The notes below the pieces were generated by a model, which was not told the DNA's origin, ran no database searches, and worked only from the letters and a program-made list of their open reading frames with translations. From the NCBI GenBank assembly GCA_049512935.1, contig JBEKWR010000020.1, forward strand, positions 1 through 34,312: DNA of 34,312 bases. Direction: 5' to 3'. The position numbers were made by a program, and so were the translations under genes. Source of the DNA: Candidatus Bathyarchaeia archaeon (GTDB lineage Archaea; Thermoproteota; Bathyarchaeia; Bathyarchaeales; Bathycorpusculaceae). Below are positions 25,368 to 34,184 of the stretch, one piece after another (the stretch's first letter is position 1; each line of letters opens with the position of its first letter).

Positions 25368-25604
25368 ATGGAAAGCTTTTGCGCTAACAGCGCCAAATCC
25401 TACATCGGCAGAAACGTCAACTTGCACCTGAAAGACGGCGCCGTCATCGTCAACGTGCAACTAACCAGAATCCACAAAACCTCAGGAAAAAACAACCAGA
25501 TCGAATACACCCTTGGCGGAAACAGAAAAACCAACCGACTACCCTTAAGAAACGTCGCGTGGGCTGAGCTTCTGAACATGAACTTCCTGCAGAAAGCCGC
25601 CTGA
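25368..25604 (+). CDS. 78-aa hypothetical protein, possible Sm/SH3-like beta-barrel
   Basis: YIGRNVNLHLKDGAVI resembles an Sm1 motif and LPLRNVAWAE an Sm2-like strand; SD GGTGA. Confidence 0.7.
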   Translation: MESFCANSAKSYIGRNVNLHLKDGAVIVNVQLTRIHKTSGKNNQIEYTLGGNRKTNRLPLRNVAWAELLNMNFLQKAA

Positions 25605-25656
25605 ACCGGCAGAATGGGGACAAAAGGAAAAATAGTACCAGAATAATTAAAGCTTT

Positions 25657-26037
25657 ATGCGCTGTTCAAACTGCGGCGTTTGCTGCACCGAAACTGAGAT
25701 GCTTCTCTGCGAAAAAGACATCGAACGCTTAGTGAAACGTGGATTCAGCAAAACCTTCTTCGCAAGAGTCAACAGGGAAGGCTACGTTCAACTTAGGAAC
25801 CGAGGAGGCTACTGCGTTTTCTACGACCCAAAAAAACACGTTTGCAGCGTCTACGTTGACAGGCCTTCCGGATGCCGAGTGTACCCTGTCATCCTTGACG
25901 AAGAAAAAGGAATCATCCTTGACGAAATATGCCAATCGAGAAGCACCATAACCGACGCGGAGAAAGCCGTGAAAGGCAAACGGGTCATTAAGCTTCTGGA
26001 AAGAATCGATTGCGAGGCGGAAAACAGGCGTTCTTGA
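25657..26037 (+). CDS. YkgJ/CxxCxxCC family cysteine-cluster protein
   Basis: CSNCGVCC, CVFYD, CSVYVDRPSGCRVYP. Confidence 0.88.
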   Translation: MRCSNCGVCCTETEMLLCEKDIERLVKRGFSKTFFARVNREGYVQLRNRGGYCVFYDPKKHVCSVYVDRPSGCRVYPVILDEEKGIILDEICQSRSTITDAEKAVKGKRVIKLLERIDCEAENRRS

Positions 26038-26047
26038 AATCTTGGTT

Positions 26048-26215
26048 TTACATTGTATTTCCATGTTTACATTGGCAGCAAACTATTCTTTTACTGTCTT
26101 GAGCCTTAGCCTCTTCTGCTGGTACGACGCATGTTCTCATCAGTTTGCCGCAATCGTCGCAGATGAACTGCACTTCAGCAACGCGGTCGTTGCATTGAAG
26201 AATCTTAATGGGCAA
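26048..26215 (-). CDS. 55-aa zinc-finger microprotein MPIKILQCNDRVAEVQFICDDCGKLMRTCVVPAEEAKAQDSKRIVCCQCKHGNTM
   Basis: TTG start 3 nt after the upstream stop; CDDCG and CCQC knuckles. Confidence 0.72.
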   Translation of the reverse strand: MPIKILQCNDRVAEVQFICDDCGKLMRTCVVPAEEAKAQDSKRIVCCQCKHGNTM

Positions 26216-26218
26216 AAA

Positions 26219-26365
26219 CTAGAGTCCTTCTTTTGAAGCCTTATCCTTCGCAAGCAGGTATTCAACGTACTCTCTTATGGTGCGGTTGGTTTCAGCCGCT
26301 TTTTTCCTGATTTCTCCATGAACTTTCTCGGTCACAGTTATGCATTTGTACCCTCTTCTCGGCAA
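26219..26365 (-). CDS. 48-aa RHH-like DNA-binding microprotein MPRRGYKCITVTEKVHGEIRKKAAETNRTIREYVEYLLAKDKASKEGL
   Basis: GGAAGGAG SD, TTG start, CopG/Arc-like strand-helix-helix pattern, TATA at 26402-26413. Confidence 0.78.
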   Translation of the reverse strand: MPRRGYKCITVTEKVHGEIRKKAAETNRTIREYVEYLLAKDKASKEGL

Positions 26366-26487
26366 AACGCGCCATCTCCTTCCGTACTTTACAGTACAAC
26401 GAAATATATATTTGACGGTGAATCGGGAATATTAATAAAAACTTATATTGGTGTACGCCCGCTACCTAGCTTAAGAGGGGAAAGATA

Positions 26488-26682
26488 ACGCCGAAAAAGG
26501 GCTACAAAACCATCACTGTGAAGACGGAAGTCTACGATTATTTTTTCGGAGAATGGCTTAAAATCAAAGAGGAGTACGCCATAAAGAAGGGTATTCGCAG
26601 CTTTTCGGGGTTTGTTACTTACCGTTTGGCGCAGCTTATGGCTGAAGAGAAGAAGCACGCGAGTGAACGTAAGCCACCTTAG
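26488..26682 (+). CDS. 64-aa RHH-like protein with probable ACG start, (M)PKKGYKTITVKTEVYDYFFGEWLKIKEEYAIKKGIRSFSGFVTYRLAQLMAEEKKHASERKPP
   Basis: N-terminus aligns with the divergent paralog; GAGGGG SD 7 nt before ACG; in-frame TAG at 26467; CTTATAT box at 26442. Confidence 0.72.
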   Translation, partial: TPKKGYKTITVKTEVYDYFFGEWLKIKEEYAIKKGIRSFSGFVTYRLAQLMAEEKKHASERKPP

Positions 26683-26734
26683 GTGCCCTACAAGTTTAAA
26701 TACGCTTGCGAAGACTTGTCAACCGTGAACAGGC

Positions 26735-27733
26735 ATGCCTTGCACCGTAATCGTCGGCGCCTTCTGGGGAGACGAAGGCAAAGGGAAGATAATTTCTTAC
26801 TTAGCACTCAAAGACAACCTTGATTTCTGTGTCAGAACCGGCTCAGTAAACGCGGCTCACACGGTTTGGTTTGAAGGAAAAAAGTACGCGCTGCACATGG
26901 TTCCAGCCGCTTTCCTGAACCCTAAAACACGCCTGCTAATCGCTGCGGGAGCGAACGTTCACGTACAAAAGTTTCTTGAAGAGGTCGAGCAGACGAAAGT
27001 GATGGGCAGAATCGGCGTTGACCAGAACGCATCAATCATTGAGGAGAAGCACAGCGCCCAGGATAAGGCAAGCGCAGTCAACAAAGGCATCGGAACCACA
27101 GGTTGGGGCGTAGGTCCAGCCATTGAAGAACGCGTAAGACGCACGGCTAAACTTGCCAAAGACATCCCTGAACTGAAACCGTTCATTACCGACCAAGTAC
27201 AAGAAGTCAACGACGGGCTGGATGAAGGAAAAAAAGTTCTTCTCGAAGGCACCCAAGGCTTCATGCTGTCGCTTTTCTTAGGCGGCGGGTACCCATACGT
27301 GACGGGTCGAGACACAGGCGCGTCAGCAATCGCGTCAGAGGCGGGTGTTGGACCAACAAGAGTTGACGACGTTCTCATCGTCTACAAATCATTCATAACA
27401 CGGGTCGGCGGCGGACCGTTGCCTGGAGAAATTTCCAAAGAGGAAGCGCGGAAAAGAGGCTGGTTTGAAACCGCCGCGGGAACCGGAAGAGATCGGCGCT
27501 CAGCTCCTTTTGATTTCGAGTTAGCTAAGAAGACTGCGAGGATAAACGGTGCCACGCAAGCGGCGATGACCAAGCTTGACAGCCTTTTCCCAAGCTGCCA
27601 CGGGGTCAAGCAGTTCAGTGATTTGCCTAAGGAAGCAAAGGATTTCATAAAGGAAGTTGAAAGCCGAACAGGTGTACCCGTTGTCTTGATCGGCACTGGT
27701 CCTGAAGCCTTGGAGATAATTGATCGCAGGTAA
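26735..27733 (+). CDS. purA: Adenylosuccinate synthetase, short archaeal type
   Basis: GAFWGDEGKGK, NAAHTV, IGTTG.GVGP, EGTQG, YPYVT, TRVG.GP. Confidence 0.96.
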   Translation: MPCTVIVGAFWGDEGKGKIISYLALKDNLDFCVRTGSVNAAHTVWFEGKKYALHMVPAAFLNPKTRLLIAAGANVHVQKFLEEVEQTKVMGRIGVDQNASIIEEKHSAQDKASAVNKGIGTTGWGVGPAIEERVRRTAKLAKDIPELKPFITDQVQEVNDGLDEGKKVLLEGTQGFMLSLFLGGGYPYVTGRDTGASAIASEAGVGPTRVDDVLIVYKSFITRVGGGPLPGEISKEEARKRGWFETAAGTGRDRRSAPFDFELAKKTARINGATQAAMTKLDSLFPSCHGVKQFSDLPKEAKDFIKEVESRTGVPVVLIGTGPEALEIIDRR

Positions 27734-27786
27734 ACGATACTTTTATTTCGAGTTGGGCAAATTCTGTTCTGAGGCGTAATGTCACC

Positions 27787-28932
27787 GTGTCGACCAGGGG
27801 CTCTGCTAAAGCGTCAGCCGCCATTCTAATAGTTCTGTTTGTGGCAGGGTTACTTTTCGGAGGATTAGCAGCTTACTATTTCGTCAACAACCAATTCAAC
27901 GGCAAGCTTGACGGAATGAGCAGTCAAATCGCAATTTTAGAAAGCCAAGTTTCAAACCTTAAAGGCTTCCAAAACGCAACTTACCAAAACATCACTATCC
28001 TTCAGAACGGCACCTCCCTCACCAGCTTATACGACGACGTGCGCGGCTCAATTGTTCTGGTTGAAGGCGACACCAGCAGCGGCACCCAGCAGGGTTCAGG
28101 GTTCGTCTACAAGTTTTCAGCCTCTACAGTGGTGTTAACTAATTATCATGTTGTCCAAGGCGTCACAGGGTTAAGCGTAACTTTTTCGGATGGACGCGGC
28201 TACTCGGCTGAGGTTCTCGGAGAAGACCCGTACTCCGACCTAGCTGTGCTTTCGGTTGATGCACCCGCGTCAGAGTTCAAGCCGCTTGCCATCGTGAGTT
28301 CCTCAACGTTAGCGGTAGGCGAACCCGTCGTTGCCATCGGAAACCCATACGGCTTAGTAGGCTCAATGACCACGGGCGTCGTAAGCGCGCTGGGCAGAAC
28401 CATAACTGAAAACACGTCGAACGGGTACTCCATAGCCAACGTAATCCAAACCAGCACGCCGATAAACCCTGGCAACTCGGGTGGTCCCCTCTTGAACGCG
28501 GTCGGAAACGTGGTCGGAATCACAACGGCGATTGTCAGTAATTCGCAGGGGTTGGGTTTCGCTGTTCCTTCGGACACCATCTTGAGAGAATTGAACGCTT
28601 TGATAACGACTGGATCCTACGGTGGGCACTCTTATTTGGGCGTGGTTGGAGAGGACATGAGTTACAGTTTGGCTCAGCAGAGCGGCTCTAACGTGACTTA
28701 CGGCTGGAAGATTACTCAAGTTGTGAGCGGAGGTCCTTCCGACGGCAAATTGAAGGTCGGCGACATAATAATTGGCTTAAACAATCAGACAGTAACTAGC
28801 GAAGATGATTTGGCAAGCTACTTGGAAGAGCACACTTTGCCAGGCGATTCCGTGGTTGTAACAGTAGTCAGAGGAAACTCGCTTGTCAACGTTAACGTCA
28901 TTCTTGGCTCAAGACCTCCGCCTTCATCATAG
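27787..28932 (+). CDS. HtrA/DegP-like trypsin serine protease with N-terminal TM and PDZ domain
   Basis: GSGF, TNYHVV, DLAVL, AIGNP, INPGNSGGPL, C-terminal PDZ. Confidence 0.93.
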   Translation: MSTRGSAKASAAILIVLFVAGLLFGGLAAYYFVNNQFNGKLDGMSSQIAILESQVSNLKGFQNATYQNITILQNGTSLTSLYDDVRGSIVLVEGDTSSGTQQGSGFVYKFSASTVVLTNYHVVQGVTGLSVTFSDGRGYSAEVLGEDPYSDLAVLSVDAPASEFKPLAIVSSSTLAVGEPVVAIGNPYGLVGSMTTGVVSALGRTITENTSNGYSIANVIQTSTPINPGNSGGPLLNAVGNVVGITTAIVSNSQGLGFAVPSDTILRELNALITTGSYGGHSYLGVVGEDMSYSLAQQSGSNVTYGWKITQVVSGGPSDGKLKVGDIIIGLNNQTVTSEDDLASYLEEHTLPGDSVVVTVVRGNSLVNVNVILGSRPPPSS

Positions 28933-28984
28933 GTTTGACCCACGGCTTCCACGTTTCTTATGCCATCCAATGGAAGCCTTTGTT

Positions 28985-29263
28985 TCAGCGGTTTTTCTTG
29001 TCTTGCTTCTTTCCCGCTTCTTTCTCCTTTTGCAAGTCGAAATGGTCTCTTTCAACCGCCAAATAAACTATCTTTCTGTAATAGCATTTTGAGCAGTAAT
29101 TCTTTTCTCCGATTTCGTAAAGAGTAGTTGACACGGCACCGATAATCTCATCGCACTCGGCACATTGAACAACCTTGTTTTCATGGTTAGTTTTTTTACC
29201 TGCTTCCCTTTCATTTCTAAAAATGTTGTTCTTCGGTAGGAAAAACTCACTGTCCCAACCCAT
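28985..29263 (-). CDS. Small Cys4 zinc-finger protein
   Basis: CAEC...CSKC; GGAGG upstream. Confidence 0.7.
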   Translation of the reverse strand: MGWDSEFFLPKNNIFRNEREAGKKTNHENKVVQCAECDEIIGAVSTTLYEIGEKNYCSKCYYRKIVYLAVERDHFDLQKEKEAGKKQDKKNR

Positions 29264-29622
29264 TCTTTTCCTTTCCTCCAGATTGAGACAGAATGTTTAC
29301 CACGTTAGAGGGTAAAAAGCTTTCCACATTCCCCCAGGTAAACAGAATTTCACGTCCAAAGTTAAACGAAAAAATTTCGGAAAACGAGCTTAAAGTTGCT
29401 TAAGCTGGCACTTTTGACGGAGGATTTTTGACGGGTGAGCAAGAAATATGCAATTTTCGAAGATAATTTAAATTTTTCGCACAGTCTACCTATACGGTCT
29501 TCTAGATGTCCCGAATAGAACGCTATTAGATACTTTGAAAAGTCTCCCTTCTTCCAGTTGCGCAGCTAAGTTAAACTTTAAATCTTGCTTATGTTCCAAT
29601 TGCTGAAAGAGAAAACGAAAAA

Positions 29623-30609
29623 ATGCCCGTCATTGAAACCCACCAATTAACCAAAGCCTACAACTCGTTTAAGGCAGTTGACAACCTGAACATAACGGTT
29701 GAGCCAGGCGAAATCTTCGGGTTGCTTGGACCCAACGGCGCGGGCAAAACGACAACCATATCGATGCTCTGCACAATTCTTAAGCCGACATCTGGCTCCG
29801 CGACCGTTAACGGCTTCGACGTTGTCAAGGAAGCAAACCAGGTTCGAAAGTCAATCGGCATCGTTTTTCAAGAACCAAGCATCGACGACCGCTTAACAGG
29901 CAGAGAAAACCTGTACATGCACGCGAACCTGTACGGGGTTCCACCGTCTGAGCAGACGGAGCGGATAAATCGAATCTTGAAACTTATTGAGCTTGAGGAT
30001 AGAGCGGATGATTTGTTGCGCACGTACTCTGGCGGCATGAGGCGAAGGCTTGAGTTGGGTCGAGGCTTAATTCATTACCCTAAAGTGCTGTTTCTGGATG
30101 AGCCCACGGTGGGGTTGGACCCGCAGACAAGAGACCACATTTGGAAGTACATCCACGACTTAAAGAAGGCACACGACATAACCGTGGTTTTAACAACCCA
30201 CTACATGGATGAAGCAGACAGGCTCTCAGACCGCATCGCCATCATGGACCACGGCAAAATTGTAATCTTGGACTCGCCTTCCCAGCTGAAGGAAACGCTT
30301 GAAGGAGACGTCGTGGTCGTCAGAGCAAACAACGTTGAAGCTTTATCTGAGCTTGTAAGCAAATGGTTAGGCTTAACCCAGAAACAGGTAGTTGACGGCG
30401 CGCTTGAAATCACCGTTCGCAACGGCAAAGTGGTCATGCCGAGAATCATGGAGTTGGCAACCCAGAACAACATCTACGTTGAATCCATACTTCTGCGTGA
30501 GCCAAACCTCGAAGACGTCTTCCTGCATTACACGGGCAGAAACATTCGGGAAGACACAACCAAGGAACTGCACGGTGCAGCCGCTGCCCGCAGGAGGGCA
30601 ATAAGATGA
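29623..30609 (+). CDS. ABC exporter ATP-binding subunit (DrrA-like)
   Basis: GPNGAGKTT, YSGGMRRRL, FLDEPT, TTHYM, NLEDVFL. Confidence 0.93.
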   Translation: MPVIETHQLTKAYNSFKAVDNLNITVEPGEIFGLLGPNGAGKTTTISMLCTILKPTSGSATVNGFDVVKEANQVRKSIGIVFQEPSIDDRLTGRENLYMHANLYGVPPSEQTERINRILKLIELEDRADDLLRTYSGGMRRRLELGRGLIHYPKVLFLDEPTVGLDPQTRDHIWKYIHDLKKAHDITVVLTTHYMDEADRLSDRIAIMDHGKIVILDSPSQLKETLEGDVVVVRANNVEALSELVSKWLGLTQKQVVDGALEITVRNGKVVMPRIMELATQNNIYVESILLREPNLEDVFLHYTGRNIREDTTKELHGAAAARRRAIR

Positions 30610-31382
30610 GCGAGCGCCGCGGCTTCTACAGCCTCTGGCTTAGAGAAATCAAGCGGTTCATCAGGGACAGGACGCGGCTAGTAACCAGTTTCGTTCAGCC
30701 TATACTGTGGCTCATCATTTTCGCCGCTGCCTTTGCCACGCGATTCGTAGGCTCGTTGCCAGCGGACCTGAATTTCAGGCAGTTTCTTCTCCCTGGAATA
30801 ATAGGTCAAACGATTCTTTTCACTGCCATGTTCATGGGCATAAACGTTATTTGGGACAAGGAATTCGGTTTCATGAAAGAAATCCTTGTTTCACCAGTTT
30901 CCAGATTGACGATTTTTCTCGGAAAAATGGTCGGCGACAGCACAGACGCTTTCTTGCAGGGCATAATAGTCTTCGTCATCGGCTTAGCCATAGGCATCCC
31001 AATAAATCCGATTACTCTCCTGTACACGCTGCCTATTTTGATGCTTGTCTCCTTTGGCTTAGTAAGCATTGGATTGACGATTGCAAGTTTCATGAGTAAC
31101 CTTGAAGGCTTCGGCGCAATCCAAACCTTCGTTAACCTGCCCCTGTTCTTTCTAAGCGGCGCATTGTTTCCGCTTAAAGGAGGCAGCCTCCCAAGCTGGT
31201 TAACTGATGTGGCGGCGTGGAACCCGTTAACTTATGGTGTCGACGCGCTACGTCATGTCATCCTGGGGAATTCGTGGGCGCCTCTTCAAGTTCAGTCTTT
31301 ATGGGTTGACCTTGGATTTGTCGCGTTGTTCGATGGCATAATGGTCATAGTCGGCACTTGGGCTTTCACCAGAATGAAGTAG
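30606..31382 (+). CDS. ABC-2 type permease (DrrB-like)
   Basis: Six hydrophobic segments, FLSGALFP, NPLTYGVDALR; coupled to the ATPase gene. Confidence 0.92.
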   Translation: MSERRGFYSLWLREIKRFIRDRTRLVTSFVQPILWLIIFAAAFATRFVGSLPADLNFRQFLLPGIIGQTILFTAMFMGINVIWDKEFGFMKEILVSPVSRLTIFLGKMVGDSTDAFLQGIIVFVIGLAIGIPINPITLLYTLPILMLVSFGLVSIGLTIASFMSNLEGFGAIQTFVNLPLFFLSGALFPLKGGSLPSWLTDVAAWNPLTYGVDALRHVILGNSWAPLQVQSLWVDLGFVALFDGIMVIVGTWAFTRMK

Positions 31383-31534
31383 CAAGTCACACCCTAAACA
31401 CCGCCTAATTCATGACAAAAGCTCAGGGTAAGCCGTTTTTCATTTATTTTTTTAAACGTCGCGGAAAAGTGGGGTTTTTGATTGGCAAAAAAGCCTTTAA
31501 GCAACTTGCAGCCTATAGGTCATTGGTGACAAAT

Positions 31535-31834
31535 ATGCGAAGGTTAAGAAGCATAATTTATGTTGCCTTGGTTGCCGCAGCAGGTGCGCTGGCAGCTACA
31601 ATCAGTCCATTAACGGTTTTGTGGATTTCTATCAGCATGATTGCGTTGTTCGCAATTGCCCGACAAATGAACTTCAACAAGATAGTCATGATGATGAAAA
31701 AATGGGCGAAAAACGTTTCTCGCCTGCGCTTCGAAATCAGGGCGAAACTTCACACTGGCTTCCGCGACTACAATGATCCACTTGACGCTGAGGGTTCCCG
31801 CCGAAGCGGAAGATGCAGCAGCTACGCAAGATAA
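31535..31834 (+). CDS. Hypothetical 2-TM membrane protein
   Basis: ATG at 31535 after GGTGA SD, two hydrophobic helices, basic tail (ORF track starts at 31412). Confidence 0.6.
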   Translation: MRRLRSIIYVALVAAAGALAATISPLTVLWISISMIALFAIARQMNFNKIVMMMKKWAKNVSRLRFEIRAKLHTGFRDYNDPLDAEGSRRSGRCSSYAR

Positions 31835-31977
31835 AATCAACTTTTCTTCTTGACGGTTTAAGTGGAAATTAAGGCGCTTAGTGGAAACAGGTCTTAGCAA
31901 GTTGGATGGCGTTCTTCAATAAAATATTCATTGAACTTGGTTTAAAAATTGGAAAAAGAAAATCGAAGAAAAACTGC

Positions 31978-32265
31978 TTACTGCTTGTTAGTCATTTCGT
32001 TGATTTGCTGTTCCATCGCGTGTCCACGGCAGTAAACCACGGCTTTCTTAACGCCTGGAACAGATTTCGCGGCGACTTTTATGTCGGCTGCAAGTTTGAA
32101 CGCGATTGGGCAGAATGGGCTTGTCGGAATGAACTCCACGGTGACTGTGCCAGGCTCGGTTTCTTTGACGCTTTGTATCATCTGCATTTCTTCGAATGTC
32201 TGTCCAGTCTCGGGGTCTTGAACTTTGCCGACTTCTTCACGCACTTGATCTTCTAATTTGCTCAT
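31978..32265 (-). CDS. DUF59/MIP18 iron-sulfur cluster assembly protein
   Basis: V.DPE and TSPFCP motifs. Confidence 0.87.
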   Translation of the reverse strand: MSKLEDQVREEVGKVQDPETGQTFEEMQMIQSVKETEPGTVTVEFIPTSPFCPIAFKLAADIKVAAKSVPGVKKAVVYCRGHAMEQQINEMTNKQ

Positions 32266-32377
32266 TTTTCATAAACCTCTTTACTGTTGGTTAACTATGA
32301 ATTTTCATAGCATATAAACTGTTAGCTTCATGTTCATTGATTAACAAGATTGTCCTGACGAACTGTGTGTCACCAAA

Positions 32378-33502
32378 TTATTTCTTCAGGATGTACAGCG
32401 ACATGAATACGTGGACGCCGAAGAAAACGCCTGCGGCGATGAAGACGGGAGCGTAACCCACTATTTGGGCTATGAACCCTCCAGCTACTAGCGAAGCAAA
32501 CTCCGCCAGCCTCATCGGCGCATGAAGAATGCCTAAGTCCACTGACACGTTTTTGCTTTCCCTTACGACTTTCAGCACGAGGTGCTCGAAGTATCCCACG
32601 CCGTAGCCTCGGACGAACGCCAGCGTCAAAAGCAAGATGGGAAAGAAAAATCCTGGACCGGCGAGAAAGAGGGACGCAGTTATGCTTATTACTGTCAGGA
32701 TGGTTGCGCGTTTGAAACTTAGAGCGTGTTCAACGGTGGCCCATGTTGCAATAGCTGATATGGCGTAGTAGAGCATGAAGAGGATTCCGATGTAAGTGTA
32801 GCTGTACCTTAGCTGCTGACTCATAAAGACCGGAAAGAGCAGGTTCACAAGTGGATAAGTCGCAAGGCTGTTGAACACTATGGAAACTGAAGCAAGCCAA
32901 AACAGCTTAGACCTGCCCTTGGGATTTAACGGTTTCAGGAGGCTTTCAGTCTTAGGCATAGGCGCCTTGACGCTGCTCCTCCAAAGCATCACCGCCGGAA
33001 TACCGATGGCCAAGGCAACAAGACTCAACACTGCAAGGCTCATTGAAAAACCCAAGTAGTCTATGCCTAGCCCCGCCATTGCTCCGCCTGAAGCCATCGC
33101 TATCCAGATTACCGCGTTCATTTTTGTGGCTTCGTGACCTGGGCGATGAGGGGACAGCTGATAGATTGCTGTTCGGCTTACTGCCCAGTAGGATGATTCC
33201 CTTAGGGCTTCCACGATTTTTCCCAGCGCAAAGAAGAGAGGCGTGGACGAAAAATAGTAGATTAACGTCGAGAAGAAAGCAGACGGCCAATTGATCAAAA
33301 CGAAAACATGCGACCACCCCACGTAGTCTGCGACTGCGCTAAAAAACAGGCGGGCTACCAGAAAAATCAGCGGAAAAATCGACAGAACCAAGCCTATTTC
33401 CGCCACGTTAACGTGCTTCGCCAGCAGCAAAAGAGGAATCAGAAGGGTAAGTGCACCCGAGACGAAGTAGTTCAAGAAAGTTATGGCGTTTACTCTTCTC
33501 AG
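32378..33502 (-). CDS. MFS transporter, probable CTG start
   Basis: Multi-pass hydrophobic protein, motif A-like FSAVADYVGW; the ORF extends 9 codons beyond 33475 to a CTG placed 6 nt after GGGGAG. Confidence 0.85.
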   Translation of the reverse strand: MRRVNAITFLNYFVSGALTLLIPLLLLAKHVNVAEIGLVLSIFPLIFLVARLFFSAVADYVGWSHVFVLINWPSAFFSTLIYYFSSTPLFFALGKIVEALRESSYWAVSRTAIYQLSPHRPGHEATKMNAVIWIAMASGGAMAGLGIDYLGFSMSLAVLSLVALAIGIPAVMLWRSSVKAPMPKTESLLKPLNPKGRSKLFWLASVSIVFNSLATYPLVNLLFPVFMSQQLRYSYTYIGILFMLYYAISAIATWATVEHALSFKRATILTVISITASLFLAGPGFFFPILLLTLAFVRGYGVGYFEHLVLKVVRESKNVSVDLGILHAPMRLAEFASLVAGGFIAQIVGYAPVFIAAGVFFGVHVFMSLYILKK

Positions 33503-33662
33503 CTGTCTCTCCCCGCTTCCTGCTTTTTAGTTTCCATTAGCTTTCTCAAATGTGACTTACTGCTTAAAAAATTTTCAACACAGGCGGGCTAACTAGGAAA
33601 GATGAAGGGGAAAGTTAATGCGTCAGATGCTACAAACATAGACGCGTGGAAGGTGCAAAGGT

Positions 33663-34091
33663 TTGGCTTTTGACGAATCGTGCGTTTTCTGCAGAATAGT
33701 CCAGAAGAAAGCCGAGGCAAGCATGATTTACGAGGACGAGGCAGTGATGGCTTTTCTTGACATTCGACCCTTACAGACTGGGCACACGCTTGTCATACCC
33801 AAAGCACATTACGTTGACATTTTCGACACGCCTGAAGCGCAACTCAGCCAATTGCACAAGGTCGCAAAGCAAATCGCTCTTGCCGTCAAAAAAGCCACCA
33901 AAGCCGACGGCGTCAGCATTATCCAGCAAAACGGTAAAGCAGCGGGCCAAGACATATTCCACATACACGTGCACGTTGTTCCCAGGTTCGAAGGGCAAAA
34001 GCTGGCGTCTTTCAACGAGCTTAAAGTGGTTGAGAGAGCCAGACTTGACGCGGTCGCAAAAGAAATCAGGCGTTTTTTGAATGGGAACTGA
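33663..34091 (+). CDS. HIT family nucleotide hydrolase
   Basis: CVFC.I, GHTLVIPK.H, HIHVHVVPR. Confidence 0.93.
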   Translation: MAFDESCVFCRIVQKKAEASMIYEDEAVMAFLDIRPLQTGHTLVIPKAHYVDIFDTPEAQLSQLHKVAKQIALAVKKATKADGVSIIQQNGKAAGQDIFHIHVHVVPRFEGQKLASFNELKVVERARLDAVAKEIRRFLNGN

Positions 34092-34184
34092 TAATCAAAA
34101 TTCACAGTTAACAATTTTTTAATACTCAAAAGGCGAAATGTAGGGTTTCTGGTGAGGTCTGTTTGAGAGCAACAATGAACACTC

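Noticed and set aside
25140-26658. Track ORFs 25140-25460, 25729-26064, 26042-26236 and 26443-26658
   Set aside because: Each is antisense to a better-supported small gene
31906-32256. 116-aa ORF overlapping the DUF59 gene
   Set aside because: Its translation matches the plus strand, antisense to a clear DUF59 gene, with no motif
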